Part shown: in pieces, positions 8,422 through 18,568 of the stretch
Position numbering within the stretch: position 1 is the stretch's first letter
Layout: every line of letters starts with the position of its first letter
Origin: a virus
Taxonomy: Duplodnaviria; Caudoviricetes
IMG/VR virus record: IMGVR_UViG_3300048852_000035
Location: 1-52,410 of that record
Reading direction: 5' to 3' (one strand)
DNA length: 52,410 nucleotides
The notes under the pieces: generated by a model
What the model was told of the DNA's origin: nothing
Seen by the model: only the letters and a program-made list of their open reading frames with translations
Databases searched by the model: none
Position numbers and translations under genes: made by a program

Positions 8422-9204
8422 TTAGTGAGCGGTCCTGCGGATTTCAGCTGCCAGCTCGTTCACTTCCTCGAGCCTGAATAGCTTTGCGCCAACATTCTCA
8501 AAGTCACTGCGCAGGTTTTCCACGAATCGCTCTGGCTGCGAGCCAAATTCCCCAACAACTATCAATCGCCTCCCCATCATCTCAGAAAGTGCTCGTCCCT
8601 CAAGGACACGTTTGCCGGCCTCAGCCAACCCGCGATGCGGATTGTCGAAACGAGCCGCGTCGATGAGGTTGTAAACCCCGTTCTGATACCCGTAATCCGC
8701 TTGGATGCTGACGCCATATTGGTCGATGAATACCGGCTCCGGGCGCTTGTCGAGCAAGGACAGAACTCCAGCGTCCCTAAAGGCACCAGTCAGGAGTGTG
8801 TTAACCCTATCAATACGCTTCGCCGGCGCTTGCCAAGATACCAATTCCTCAAACAATTTCTCAGCGGCAACGTTTGCCTGGCTTCCCGCCACCGCGTTCA
8901 GGGAAGTCAACTGAAAGAGATCGGCGCGCCTAGAATTGAATTCGGCTATCCAAGAACTGCCAAAACCACTGCGTCGCGAGAATTCACGGGAAACTCTCTC
9001 AGAAAAGTCATGCAACGCCCGCCTTAGGAAGATTGCATTTACTTCTCCAAAGAACTTTCGGACACGCGAAAAATCGTCGGTGAGCCGAAGCGAAACCTTC
9101 TTTCCCGCGCCTTCGACTACGACAACGCCGACGTTGACATACTCAAACCGCTCGGGGAACGGGCTGAACTGAATGATAGAGTAATTAAGATTGCCTTCGT
9201 TCAT
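8422..9204 (-). CDS. DUF3037-domain protein
   Basis: YSIIQFSPFPERFEYVNVGVVV...AEKLFEELV. Confidence 0.8.
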   Translation of the reverse strand: MNEGNLNYSIIQFSPFPERFEYVNVGVVVVEGAGKKVSLRLTDDFSRVRKFFGEVNAIFLRRALHDFSERVSREFSRRSGFGSSWIAEFNSRRADLFQLTSLNAVAGSQANVAAEKLFEELVSWQAPAKRIDRVNTLLTGAFRDAGVLSLLDKRPEPVFIDQYGVSIQADYGYQNGVYNLIDAARFDNPHRGLAEAGKRVLEGRALSEMMGRRLIVVGEFGSQPERFVENLRSDFENVGAKLFRLEEVNELAAEIRRTAH

Positions 9205-9207
9205 TCG

Positions 9208-10029
9208 TCAAACCTCCTTCCCCTCTAAATCTAGCTCCGTTTGAGCAAACAGCTTACCCGGCAGCCACCGCTCCATGAGTTTTGCGCGCCTTACGAGGCA
9301 AAGCGAAAGCCGCGTTGCCAAGTCAGGCGTCATTCCCCAATCAGCCGGAACAGAGCGGCATATACCCTCTATATGATCAACTTCCAGACGGCAAATTGCC
9401 GCCAACGCTGATCGGATACTCGCCCGACTGAGCATGGGGGTGAATTCGTTAAATAACCCGTACACATTCTCTTCTGAAATCCACTCATCGTTGATCTCGT
9501 CGTCCAACGTGGTTTCCGCGAACGCGTGACTATGGTCAATCACCAGAAGCCGCGTTTTTCGTTTGTCGGCCTGAAAAAGAATGTTGTCATAGTTCATGTT
9601 GACGCCGTCAAAAGCGTCGGCGAAGCGATCCTTATTTCGGATCCAAGTGTCGAAAGCCACAAGAAGTGGAATGTGGTGTGGCTCACGAAGATTGGCAAGA
9701 AGCTTAGAGTTTGGGGACAAGCTCTGCGCCTGCTCCCATCGGGAGAAGAAAGCCGGCCCCTCCTCCATCGTCAACATTGGGTTAGATGTCGGGATGACGG
9801 GTATTCGAGCAACCGCGAAATCTGGCGTCGCCAACCCAATTTCGGCAGCGAGTTCGGCAGCCAATAGTTCGCCAATAAGAGCGTCGTTTCCTGCGCGATT
9901 ACCCATATACTTGACTAGTGCAGGCCCGGCGTCGGTGACGGCGTGCAAAGGTCGAGTGCTAGACTCTAGAACTCTGGTCACGCGTACAACTTGAGAAGGC
10001 TGCCAGTTTCTTCCAGCTCTCATTTTCAT
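9208..10029 (-). CDS. HipA-like (HipA_2) kinase
   Basis: STRP, LVKY, IGELLA, FDTWIRNKDR, NIL, VIDHSHAF kinase motifs. Confidence 0.85.
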   Translation of the reverse strand: MKMRAGRNWQPSQVVRVTRVLESSTRPLHAVTDAGPALVKYMGNRAGNDALIGELLAAELAAEIGLATPDFAVARIPVIPTSNPMLTMEEGPAFFSRWEQAQSLSPNSKLLANLREPHHIPLLVAFDTWIRNKDRFADAFDGVNMNYDNILFQADKRKTRLLVIDHSHAFAETTLDDEINDEWISEENVYGLFNEFTPMLSRASIRSALAAICRLEVDHIEGICRSVPADWGMTPDLATRLSLCLVRRAKLMERWLPGKLFAQTELDLEGKEV

Positions 10030-10094
10030 CCCCAGCGTGTAGAGGGGTACACGAGCGGACCTGGGAACGCAATGCAGCTATCAACGAGTATTAC

Positions 10095-10379
10095 TCAACT
10101 TGCCCGCCTACCCGACGTTCTCTGCTCGAAAACGCGGTCTAGCCGCTCCCCGAAAGCGTCAATTCGATTGCCGACGCCTTCGATTGCCCTCATAATCTGA
10201 GACGTCTGTTCGAGCATGCCGGCTTTGGTTACGTAGGATTCTGCGACATGCAAACGATGAGCAGATAGCTCATCCCGAACCGCTCCGATCTTGCCATCGA
10301 CGTACTTCCACACGCCAAAAATGGCGCCGAACAAGCCGACGAAGAAACCGACGGCATACATAATCTCGGCGGCGGTCAC
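10095..10379 (-). CDS. Lysis-cassette membrane protein (single TM + coiled coil; holin/antiholin-like)
   Basis: N-terminal TM; GTGA overlap with o-spanin. Confidence 0.65.
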   Translation of the reverse strand: MTAAEIMYAVGFFVGLFGAIFGVWKYVDGKIGAVRDELSAHRLHVAESYVTKAGMLEQTSQIMRAIEGVGNRIDAFGERLDRVFEQRTSGRRAS

Positions 10380-10567
10380 GGCTTCACCCCGCAAAGCTTC
10401 TCCAGCTTGGAGTTCTCCGCCAGGATCTGGCGCTTGGTTCCTTCCGTCATCTTGTCTTCGACGGACGGCCGAACGGCGCGCGCAATGTCGCAGTAGTTAC
10501 CCTGCGTCACGCAGCCACTTAGAGATAGCGCGATCAACGTCGCCACCCCCCATGTTTTGAACTTCAT
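10376..10567 (-). CDS. Outer-membrane spanin (Rz1-like lipoprotein)
   Basis: Lipobox LSGC; overlaps the 3' end of the i-spanin gene by 71 bp. Confidence 0.75.
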   Translation of the reverse strand: MKFKTWGVATLIALSLSGCVTQGNYCDIARAVRPSVEDKMTEGTKRQILAENSKLEKLCGVKP

Positions 10568-10751
10568 CTTCGACGCCCCTCGCCTGTTTTATGGCTTTCG
10601 CGTTTGCCTTAGCCTGCTCCGCCTTGGCGTCAGCCTTGCCGCTGGAGCGTCCATAGAAGAAAGCACCCGCTACGATCGCGAGCGCTACGCCGGCAGTTGC
10701 CAGCCAACCAGAGAAACGGGACCAGATGCCCGCGAAGAACACGGCGATCAC
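10497..10751 (-). CDS. Inner-membrane spanin (Rz-like)
   Basis: N-terminal TM then Ala/Lys-rich coiled coil. Confidence 0.7.
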   Translation of the reverse strand: MIAVFFAGIWSRFSGWLATAGVALAIVAGAFFYGRSSGKADAKAEQAKANAKAIKQARGVEDEVQNMGGGDVDRAISKWLRDAG

Positions 10752-10948
10752 GTGGGCCGCCCCATCTTCTTGGCCCATTTCCACCACGCGACGGGAACGG
10801 CGCCGATGGCCGCAACGATGCCCGCCTCGATGGAGGCTGCGATGGCGGGGTCGTCAGTGATCATAGTCCTGACTTCCTCGCCGATGTAGCCGGAGCCGTA
10901 AAGCCAGCCCGCGACCATGTAGAGCGCAATGCGTATCCATACGCTCAT
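10748..10948 (-). CDS. Putative holin (2 TM)
   Basis: 66 aa, two hydrophobic segments, basic tail, directly after endolysin. Confidence 0.7.
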   Translation of the reverse strand: MSVWIRIALYMVAGWLYGSGYIGEEVRTMITDDPAIAASIEAGIVAAIGAVPVAWWKWAKKMGRPT

Positions 10949-11586
10949 TTCCTGCCTCCTTTGATAAGCGTTAGCAGGAAGCGGCCGAGCGCAGCCCAGA
11001 ATCCGCCAGACGCCGGAACAACGGCGCGCGTGCCATAACCGCCCGCCTTGAGCGCCGCTTCGAACACGACCGCGTGTTCGGCGATCGTCTTGGCCTTGTC
11101 CATGCCGTTGATGATTTTGCGTGCGCCGATGTAGTCGGCCTTGTCGCCGACGATGTAGTCGCTCAGGCGCTTGGTGGTGAACCAGCCTGCGGTCATGCCT
11201 TCGAACATGATTTTGGCCGCGATGTCCTGCCGCATGGCGAGATTGAAGTTGCGCAGGAGCGCGCCCTTCAGGCCAAGCTCCTTATCGGCGCGCTCGTAGT
11301 TCGAGTCCCACGTTAGCTGGACATAGCCGCGCCCATAGGGAACCTGCCCGTACTTGCCTTTCACGCCGTACTTGCGGCCGGCGCCCTTGCCGTACTCGGC
11401 GATCGGCTGCATCGTTCTGGCCGTCTCGTGAAGAGCTGTCGCGAGCATGTAGGCCAGGTGATTCAGAAGCGTGCCGCGGCGCTCGGCCTCGTCAAGAATT
11501 GCGTCGATGCCCTTCACCTGCGCGTCGGACATCTTTCCGGCGAACAAGGGGGAGCGCACCTCCGCGAAGAATTTCGCGCGGTCCAT
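10945..11586 (-). CDS. Endolysin, glycoside hydrolase family 19-like
   Basis: LAYMLATALHET, YGRGYVQLTW, ARKIING. Confidence 0.9.
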   Translation of the reverse strand: MDRAKFFAEVRSPLFAGKMSDAQVKGIDAILDEAERRGTLLNHLAYMLATALHETARTMQPIAEYGKGAGRKYGVKGKYGQVPYGRGYVQLTWDSNYERADKELGLKGALLRNFNLAMRQDIAAKIMFEGMTAGWFTTKRLSDYIVGDKADYIGARKIINGMDKAKTIAEHAVVFEAALKAGGYGTRAVVPASGGFWAALGRFLLTLIKGGRK

Positions 11587-11646
11587 AGTGTCTCCTGCGA
11601 TGTGGTGGTGGTTAGTGGATGCGCGGTGGTGGTGCGCGGAAACGGG

Positions 11647-11675
11647 AAAGAAAAACCCGCTCTATGGCGGGGCTT
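11647..11675 (-). terminator. Probable intrinsic terminator
   Basis: CCCGC-TCTATG-GCGGG stem with flanking A-run on + strand. Confidence 0.5.
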
Positions 11676-11806
11676 GGATTTGCTTGAGCGTCTTTGGTTC
11701 CGCGCCAATGGCTTTAGCCGGAACGATAAACGCACCCTTCGCGCAACTGGACAACTTCAAGTTCTTCAGATATGTCGTGACGCACTTCTAGGGAGAGAGT
11801 TGATCA

Positions 11807-12022
11807 ATGGAAGACGCCGCCGAAATCGTTGCAGCAATTGAAGTCATCAATGGATACCTTGCCAGAGAATGGATTGCGGATGCATGCGAGAAAGAACCAC
11901 ACTCGCTCGGCTGCGCGTCCTGCTCGGCAAAGCTGCTCAAGATGCAACTGGACGGCATCGCGAACAACCTCGGAAATCCCCGCCTCGCCCCAACGCTCAC
12001 GAACAAGGTTCGGGTGGTCTGA
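11807..12022 (+). CDS. Small counter-oriented moron protein with CxxC
   Basis: GGGAGAG RBS; 71 aa between tail fibre and lysis genes. Confidence 0.55.
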   Translation: MEDAAEIVAAIEVINGYLAREWIADACEKEPHSLGCASCSAKLLKMQLDGIANNLGNPRLAPTLTNKVRVV

Positions 12023-12031
12023 GACCGGCGC

Positions 12032-15000
12032 CTAGGCGCCGGTCGTAAAGTTCAGCGGCCTGCTCCAAGGCCCCGGCAGCCCGACACTGGACCTGTGCCG
12101 ATGCCTACCGATTATGGCCGTGGCGGCAGGGAACTGCGATCCGCCCGGGATGGTCAGGGACAGCTTGTTGGCCGCATCTCGGTTCGAATAGACGAGTGTC
12201 CCGCTATCGAGCGATCCGGTCCAGAACTCCCATTCCGTTGTCAGGTGATCGTAGTCTTCATTTCCGTGGCGAGCTTCCAAAGCGGTTGTCTGAAGCGTAG
12301 GTGTACGGCTGACGCCAGTGGCGTTCTGCGCAGGTGACATGCCGGTCCATAGCGGTCGCGTAATACCTTGCACCAAGCCTCCGACGCGGCGGAGATACTT
12401 TTCCAGCGCCGCCATGAATGTCGACACCTTGGCGTCATTCCAATAATGACCCGCCCACCAGACGATATATCGCCGGGAGTTGCCGGACGTGCCGTCGCTC
12501 CCTACCCTAATCGTCGCGCTGGTCGCGCTGCCGGCCGGCGTCCTTGCACCGCTCTCAACAGGCGCAGTGCCACTGTCGGCGTAGAAGTCCCAGGTTGTCG
12601 CATCACCACGGAACATGAACGTTCCGAGACTACCTCTGACCTTCTCCGTCAACGTGATGTCGGTGCCGTTTCCTACGCGCAGTTTCGTCGCGCCGGACGA
12701 GTTTACCGCCGAGATACGGAACTGCGAATTACCCATGTCATAGTTGGCATCGCCGTCGTCCGTGCCGCATGCAAAACCCATGACGTGTGACGTCATGGAG
12801 AAGTGCTTGACCGAACCGGCCGGGTCGAACAGCGTGTTCACGTTCGCAGTGGTGGAGACGCTGTTGAAACCGCGTAGCGCCGAGAACGACGGCGAGCCGA
12901 TCACTGCCCCGTCCATTGTGCCCATCAGATCGATGACAGACTGGCCCATCGTGTCGAGCGATACGTTCAGGAACTCAAAATCGTCGGCAGTCATGCCGCC
13001 ATCGAAAAGATCCCGAACGAAATCCCGTACTGCCGCCTTTGTTCCCGGCAGAGGCTGAGTAGGCATACGCTTGAAAGCCGCCTCGAGCTGACTGTTTTCT
13101 GTAGCCGTGACCGCGCACCATGCAGTGATCAACTCGCCAGAGGTCTCCATCACGTTTCCGACGTAATGGGTCGGATCGTTCATGGTGATCGTCTGCACGC
13201 CCGTATTAGAGTCGGTTGCTGAAACAGGCGTGTTGTTGAAGTCAATCGTTCTCGGCAACATCGCATGACCCGAAATGACTGTGCAGCGAGGGTGCGCGAG
13301 GGTCTTCACCGCGCCGTAAAGCTCGTAGATGACGGCGAGACGATCAGCGTAACCGGCGTTGCCATTCAACGTGTTCGCGACCGGGTCCGTCAGGAAGGCG
13401 ACATGGACTTCAGGGCATTCGAGCTTGCACATGCCACCGATGATCTTAACGGTATCCTGTACGCGCGTCAGGAAAGTGCCGGTGGTGTAATGGTTCTTGT
13501 GCACGGTCTCATTCACGAACACCGCACAGAGGAAGTGCGTCGGGAGAGGAAGGCCGAAGCGTTCGCAGCCGCCCTTGAGCGAGAAGACATTTCCTTCCGG
13601 CGTGATCCACTCTTCGGGCGTTCCGACCGGAGCCGGGACCAGATAGATGTTGTAGAGCGAACGGGTCGCCTCGTCCTGCGCAAGATACCAATCTTCATCG
13701 CCAATCGGCAATGTCAGCAGATTGGCGTCCGCATCGTCTTCAAATCCTGTGTAGGCGTAACCAGTCCGACCGGAGATCGCATTCGTCCAAGCCGACCGAT
13801 AGTTGTCATAGGCGTGCGCCTCCAAGAAACCGCGGCTGCGGAAGGAGTTGAACAGCTTCTGCCCCTTGTGCGCCGCAGACACGAGTTTGCCGTAACGCGC
13901 GATGCTGTCCCCGATGGAGTCAAGCACGACATTTGCCGTCGCGGCTTTGGCGGCACTTACCGTGCGCATCTCGATAAGCTGCTGCCACGCCTTGTCGTCA
14001 GCTATGACCGCAGGTCTTGCCTGAACCTTGATGTTACCCTTCCAGTTCCGAGCATCGACCAGAACAGGCCCCGGAGTCTGCCCAACGAACGGGTAGAAGG
14101 CATTCTCCGCATCACATCCGGACACATCGATATCGATGCCACGCTCCGGTTGCAGCGTCGGAAACAGCGCATCTGGATAGAGGTGCAGCGGCCGCTCCTC
14201 GATCATCATCAGTTCAGAACCGATAACGAGCGGAGATTCATCCGGCACTGACAAAATGGTTTTTGTCAGCGAGGTGATGCTGTCCGTCCCCGTCGGCGCG
14301 ATCGGCGGGAAATCCTTGGTGTGGATCCATCCGGGGTTAGGACCATAGTGGAACTGCCACGCACCGAGTTCGATGGTGTAGAGAGCGATGCCCGAGCAAA
14401 AGACTCCGAGTTCCGCCACCGCATCATCAGTGTTGGTGTTTAGGAAGGTGTAGCGGTAGGTCCGGCATCGCGCCGAATCGATGCTCCACAGCTGCATCGC
14501 AGGGGAACGCAGCGTCGTGCGAACGCCTCCGACATTCTTGTAAACGAATGCGTTCGGCACCGGAGGCGCTTGCACTGCGTCATCCACGTTCATGGCGACC
14601 CTGACAACCATCGTCACCCAGCCGGAGGGGGCCGGATATGGGACAGGCTCAACAACCCCGCACCCACCACCGACCGCGCCACGCACCGTCTTCGTGATGC
14701 CGTCAGCAGACAGCGTCGGGTCGACGACATCACCGCCAGTCGTGCCGGCAAAAAGGAAGTTCGCCTGACCGATGTCCTTGCCGTGGTAAAACTGGTTGTC
14801 CACACGCCCGCCCGGTACGTCACCGACAAGCTCGAATGGGCTGCTGTAATGACCGTTGCAGCCATAGAGGACCGGATAAAACGAATCCGGTGAGCCGATG
14901 ACCGTGTGCGAGAATATCTTGAATTCGTCGATCGCATCCGCGCCGGCCTGGTCGCTTGCGAGGATCAGATCACGCTTCTTCTTCATTTTACCGAGATCGA

Positions 15001-15949
15001 TCGCCAGGATGCGAGGCGACCCAAGAGCGAAACCGGTAATCTTCTTGTGCAGGTTCGCAACCGTGGTTGATCCCGTCCCACTCTCGCCGGCGCCAATGGG
15101 CGGCGTTGCGCTGAAGAAGTGCGGGAGGTAGACAGTGCCATCGGATTCAACAGCAATTGGCCCCTTCGGCACCGCGATCGGCACGTCGTTCCCGACGGTG
15201 ATGACCTGCATGACCGGCGAAGTGAACTGCTTGCCGTTGACCGTGCCCATCTCGACGAGGTTCGTCGATGGCGCGGGAGCCGACGTCTGCTGTTCGTAGG
15301 CGTGCGTCGTCAGGTTGTAGGTGATAAAGATTGGCGTCGAGCCCAGCGTAACGACGAGGGGCACATAATTCTCATAACCAGGGATAGTGCTGACTGTCCC
15401 TGTGCTGGCCTCAGTGACCGTAGTCTCGCCGTTCTTGCGGATCGTCAGGCTTTTCGGCAGCAATAGCAAACCTGCGCCGCCGCCGAGGTCGTTGTTGTAA
15501 TCCCAAAAGGCGATAGCACCTTCGATGTTCGCGCTCAGGCCAAGGATGCGCGGCTTCGTTAGGGCAGAGTTGAGGTTGATGCTATCAAGGTAGCTGGCCA
15601 ACGTCGTGCTGTCGACATAGTCGCCGACACGTTCCCACCCCGCAGGACTGGTCGACCAGGAAAACTCACCTTCGTTATTCACCGTGCCGCCGGCTACAGG
15701 ATCTGTATGAGTACCCTCATCCCCCTTTACGTAGGCCGTTTGGCCAGCAGCCGTGCCGGGATTTGCAGAAAGATCAGACCACGTCGTGAAGGTCTTGATG
15801 CCGGCTGCGGCAGCCGTTAACGCCTCATCTATAGCACCCCCAATCTGGCGAATTTCCGACTTCTTGGGTTTGTTGTTGCCGGTAGACGGGACGCCATCGG
15901 TTACGTAGTCTCGCCATGCAGTGTTGAACAGGTCAGAAAACTGGCCCAT
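12032..15949 (-). CDS. Tail fibre/spike protein with putative SGNH esterase domain
   Basis: 1305 aa after tail tip gene; N-terminal anchor WRDYVTDGVPS; IGDSI and NDPTH motifs. Confidence 0.8.
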   Translation of the reverse strand: MGQFSDLFNTAWRDYVTDGVPSTGNNKPKKSEIRQIGGAIDEALTAAAAGIKTFTTWSDLSANPGTAAGQTAYVKGDEGTHTDPVAGGTVNNEGEFSWSTSPAGWERVGDYVDSTTLASYLDSINLNSALTKPRILGLSANIEGAIAFWDYNNDLGGGAGLLLLPKSLTIRKNGETTVTEASTGTVSTIPGYENYVPLVVTLGSTPIFITYNLTTHAYEQQTSAPAPSTNLVEMGTVNGKQFTSPVMQVITVGNDVPIAVPKGPIAVESDGTVYLPHFFSATPPIGAGESGTGSTTVANLHKKITGFALGSPRILAIDLGKMKKKRDLILASDQAGADAIDEFKIFSHTVIGSPDSFYPVLYGCNGHYSSPFELVGDVPGGRVDNQFYHGKDIGQANFLFAGTTGGDVVDPTLSADGITKTVRGAVGGGCGVVEPVPYPAPSGWVTMVVRVAMNVDDAVQAPPVPNAFVYKNVGGVRTTLRSPAMQLWSIDSARCRTYRYTFLNTNTDDAVAELGVFCSGIALYTIELGAWQFHYGPNPGWIHTKDFPPIAPTGTDSITSLTKTILSVPDESPLVIGSELMMIEERPLHLYPDALFPTLQPERGIDIDVSGCDAENAFYPFVGQTPGPVLVDARNWKGNIKVQARPAVIADDKAWQQLIEMRTVSAAKAATANVVLDSIGDSIARYGKLVSAAHKGQKLFNSFRSRGFLEAHAYDNYRSAWTNAISGRTGYAYTGFEDDADANLLTLPIGDEDWYLAQDEATRSLYNIYLVPAPVGTPEEWITPEGNVFSLKGGCERFGLPLPTHFLCAVFVNETVHKNHYTTGTFLTRVQDTVKIIGGMCKLECPEVHVAFLTDPVANTLNGNAGYADRLAVIYELYGAVKTLAHPRCTVISGHAMLPRTIDFNNTPVSATDSNTGVQTITMNDPTHYVGNVMETSGELITAWCAVTATENSQLEAAFKRMPTQPLPGTKAAVRDFVRDLFDGGMTADDFEFLNVSLDTMGQSVIDLMGTMDGAVIGSPSFSALRGFNSVSTTANVNTLFDPAGSVKHFSMTSHVMGFACGTDDGDANYDMGNSQFRISAVNSSGATKLRVGNGTDITLTEKVRGSLGTFMFRGDATTWDFYADSGTAPVESGARTPAGSATSATIRVGSDGTSGNSRRYIVWWAGHYWNDAKVSTFMAALEKYLRRVGGLVQGITRPLWTGMSPAQNATGVSRTPTLQTTALEARHGNEDYDHLTTEWEFWTGSLDSGTLVYSNRDAANKLSLTIPGGSQFPAATAIIGRHRHRSSVGLPGPWSRPLNFTTGA

Positions 15950-16062
15950 CTAAAATCCTTCCATATTTGGGAACTAGGTCGGGCTGCCGTTCGCCGTGAA
16001 GCGCAGGCACGCCGTCTGCTCGCCCCGCGTGCGAGACTCGTGATTGAAGTAATTTTTGAGAT

Positions 16063-18567
16063 TCAAATGATAGTTACTGTCACAGGACCACTGGGCGGCC
16101 CCGACACGTTGGAGCCGTTGAACGGCACAGCGTAATAGTCCCAAACCCCGGCTGGCGCGCAGGAGCCGGACTGTAAGTACATCGCAAAGTCATCGACGGA
16201 TCCGACGAAGGATGCGCTGCCAGCCATTCCAGCCTGGGTATTTGCGGCATCCGTATTGACGAGCGTCCCGAAGAACTGGCCATTCGCGGAAACCCCAGGG
16301 CCATTGACCGTTGTGCTACCAAGAACGCGCGGCGTCAGCGAACCCGCGGATATACCCGAGGTAAACCCGCCGTACCGATACGTCCCCAGAGCAAGCGCCC
16401 CCACCGTTTGTAGAAGGTTCGAAGCAGTTCCGGCAGTCTTCGACGCTTTCCCCGCTGTGATTGTCCAACCGGTCCCCTTCGACCAAACGCTATCGGTGGC
16501 GAAATCACCGTTGGCAATGAGGTTAGTCCGCGTGGTGTCTCCATCAGTGTGCGCGTAAGTTACTGACGGCCCGACAACTAGTGTGGCAACCGGTGTATCG
16601 GAGCTTAGATCAAGAGCAACGCCGGCTGTCTTCCGATAGAGAGACACAGCCCTTACGTGGCCGTCATTTTCGGTCGTGACCGAGAACTTTGCAGATCCAA
16701 GTCGTGGTGCAGCATCCGTCGAGATGAAGGATGTTAATGCGGCTGGCGCAACCGGATCTGCCGTAGCCGTCAGGAAGATGTAATCCGTCCACTCGGACTT
16801 GGAGCCTCCGCCCCATGCTCGCAGGCGCACCTTGTACTCTTCGCCATCGACCAGATAGCCCGAGCGAACCTGCGTGGCGCCAGCCTCAGAGAACAACGAC
16901 TGAACTCCCGTCGAGCCGCTGGTGCGGTCGTATTCGAGCTCGTAGGTCAGCGTGTCGTCGACGAAGTCCCACGTCGCATTAATGAATGCCGCCGTAGCGC
17001 CACCCGAAACGACTTCCGTTTGGATCGTTGCCGCGAAATCGACAGGAACCGGAACACCCTCATCGGGCAAGGGCTCGACGGATTCGCCTGGCTCGCCTTC
17101 TTCCGTGGCAGCGTCGAAGGCATACAAAGACGACGAAACCAGAATGCCCGAGAACGATATGCGCATGTTGCGCAGGTCGATCGTCACGCTGGACGTGATC
17201 TCCACGACAGCCTCGGCCAGCCCCCGCGAAGGATAATGCAACGTCACAAAGCGCCGGTAAGGAATGTCTCGCGCACCGTCGGCCGTGTAATCCGCCACCA
17301 CCGACACCCGCCTTGCGTTTGCCCTGACGAAGGTCAGCTTCTGCTTGCGCTGGCAGTGGTTGTGGCTCTGGATCGCGGCATTCTCGAAAGTCCGCGTGCG
17401 TTCCGTGTTGTCGTCGACGACGGCATAGGGGTCGCCGTAGATCGCGGCGTCTTCCGTGATGTAGTCCTTGGCCGTGTTGACGTACCGGCCGCGCACGCCG
17501 AGCACGGTGTTCGCGCGGCGCTTGTTCTTGTCGACGCGGATGCTGTAGACGTTCTCGGCGGTTAAACGCACATCGGGCGCCACGAACTCGCCGGCATGCA
17601 CTCCGATCTTCCCGTCGGCTCGCTCGTAGACGACAAGCTCGGCCGCCTCGTCCATGATGCGGCCAACTTCGATCGGATCATTGCTGGCGCGGAACCAGAA
17701 GCCGCCGTGATAGCGCTTTTCCGTGCCGCCGCTGCGGTTGGTGACGTTCTGATCGCAGACGTTCGCGGCATTCGCCCAATCGGGCAGATACATGTTCTCG
17801 TAGGCCATCTTGCCGCCGACGGGGTGGCAGAGATGCCAGAGACGCATCAGCGCCAGATTGCTCGAGAATTCCCACGTGCTCGGGTTGCTGTATCGGTGCG
17901 AGCCGGATCCGCCCTGCGTGCTGTCCTTGCGCGGGTCGTAGAGAAGCGCCCCGTCGCCAACTGCCGAGTGCTCCGGCATGCCGTTGGGATACACGTCGAG
18001 GTGGTCTTTTTGGTCAACCGTACTGACGCGCATGTAGACGGACGCGAGGCCGTCGCCGCGGCAGTTGTTATTCCAGATCGTCGGGAACGCGGTGACAACG
18101 TCGGCGTATGCCGTCTCGGCGTTTAGCCCCTGCCTCGTCTTGATATGAACGAAGCTAACCCCGTCCTTGTCGTAATTCCCAGGTGAGGTGACGCCGCCGT
18201 CCACATCCAGTGTGGCCTTCTCATCGTGCAGGTAGTGCTGCACGAATTGATGAATGCGATGACCGGCCCACACCATGATGTGGTGAGCCTTGCCGCCTTT
18301 CTCCTCTAGGAAGACGTAGTCGCTGCCCTTCTTGGTCCTGCCGAGCACATACGCGAGAGACGGCACACTTTGCTTCAGGTTGTAGCTGCCGTCGTCTGGT
18401 TTCGGCACCTTCGGCTGTTCTGGCGAGAAAACAGAACTGGCGAGGTAGAGACCACCAGCAAAAACAGCGTAACCAAGTGCCGTAGCCAATGGGCCGGCCA
18501 AGGTGGTGGCGATTGCCGTCGAGGAAATGAGGAAGGAGAAAATCGGCCCGGCGATTAACTGTGGCAT
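16063..18567 (-). CDS. Tail tip / host-specificity (J-like) protein with FN3-like domain
   Basis: 834 aa; LYDPRKDST, SNLAL, YKVRLRAW; position in tail module. Confidence 0.85.
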   Translation of the reverse strand: MPQLIAGPIFSFLISSTAIATTLAGPLATALGYAVFAGGLYLASSVFSPEQPKVPKPDDGSYNLKQSVPSLAYVLGRTKKGSDYVFLEEKGGKAHHIMVWAGHRIHQFVQHYLHDEKATLDVDGGVTSPGNYDKDGVSFVHIKTRQGLNAETAYADVVTAFPTIWNNNCRGDGLASVYMRVSTVDQKDHLDVYPNGMPEHSAVGDGALLYDPRKDSTQGGSGSHRYSNPSTWEFSSNLALMRLWHLCHPVGGKMAYENMYLPDWANAANVCDQNVTNRSGGTEKRYHGGFWFRASNDPIEVGRIMDEAAELVVYERADGKIGVHAGEFVAPDVRLTAENVYSIRVDKNKRRANTVLGVRGRYVNTAKDYITEDAAIYGDPYAVVDDNTERTRTFENAAIQSHNHCQRKQKLTFVRANARRVSVVADYTADGARDIPYRRFVTLHYPSRGLAEAVVEITSSVTIDLRNMRISFSGILVSSSLYAFDAATEEGEPGESVEPLPDEGVPVPVDFAATIQTEVVSGGATAAFINATWDFVDDTLTYELEYDRTSGSTGVQSLFSEAGATQVRSGYLVDGEEYKVRLRAWGGGSKSEWTDYIFLTATADPVAPAALTSFISTDAAPRLGSAKFSVTTENDGHVRAVSLYRKTAGVALDLSSDTPVATLVVGPSVTYAHTDGDTTRTNLIANGDFATDSVWSKGTGWTITAGKASKTAGTASNLLQTVGALALGTYRYGGFTSGISAGSLTPRVLGSTTVNGPGVSANGQFFGTLVNTDAANTQAGMAGSASFVGSVDDFAMYLQSGSCAPAGVWDYYAVPFNGSNVSGPPSGPVTVTII

Positions 18568-18568
18568 T

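Noticed and set aside
13265-14251. Long + strand ORFs (also 27427-28359 and 33667-34509)
   Set aside because: Antisense shadows of well-supported genes in GC-rich DNA, with no motifs
12032-18567. Diversity-generating retroelement or invertible tail-fibre cassette
   Set aside because: No reverse transcriptase, template/variable repeat pair or local invertase seen
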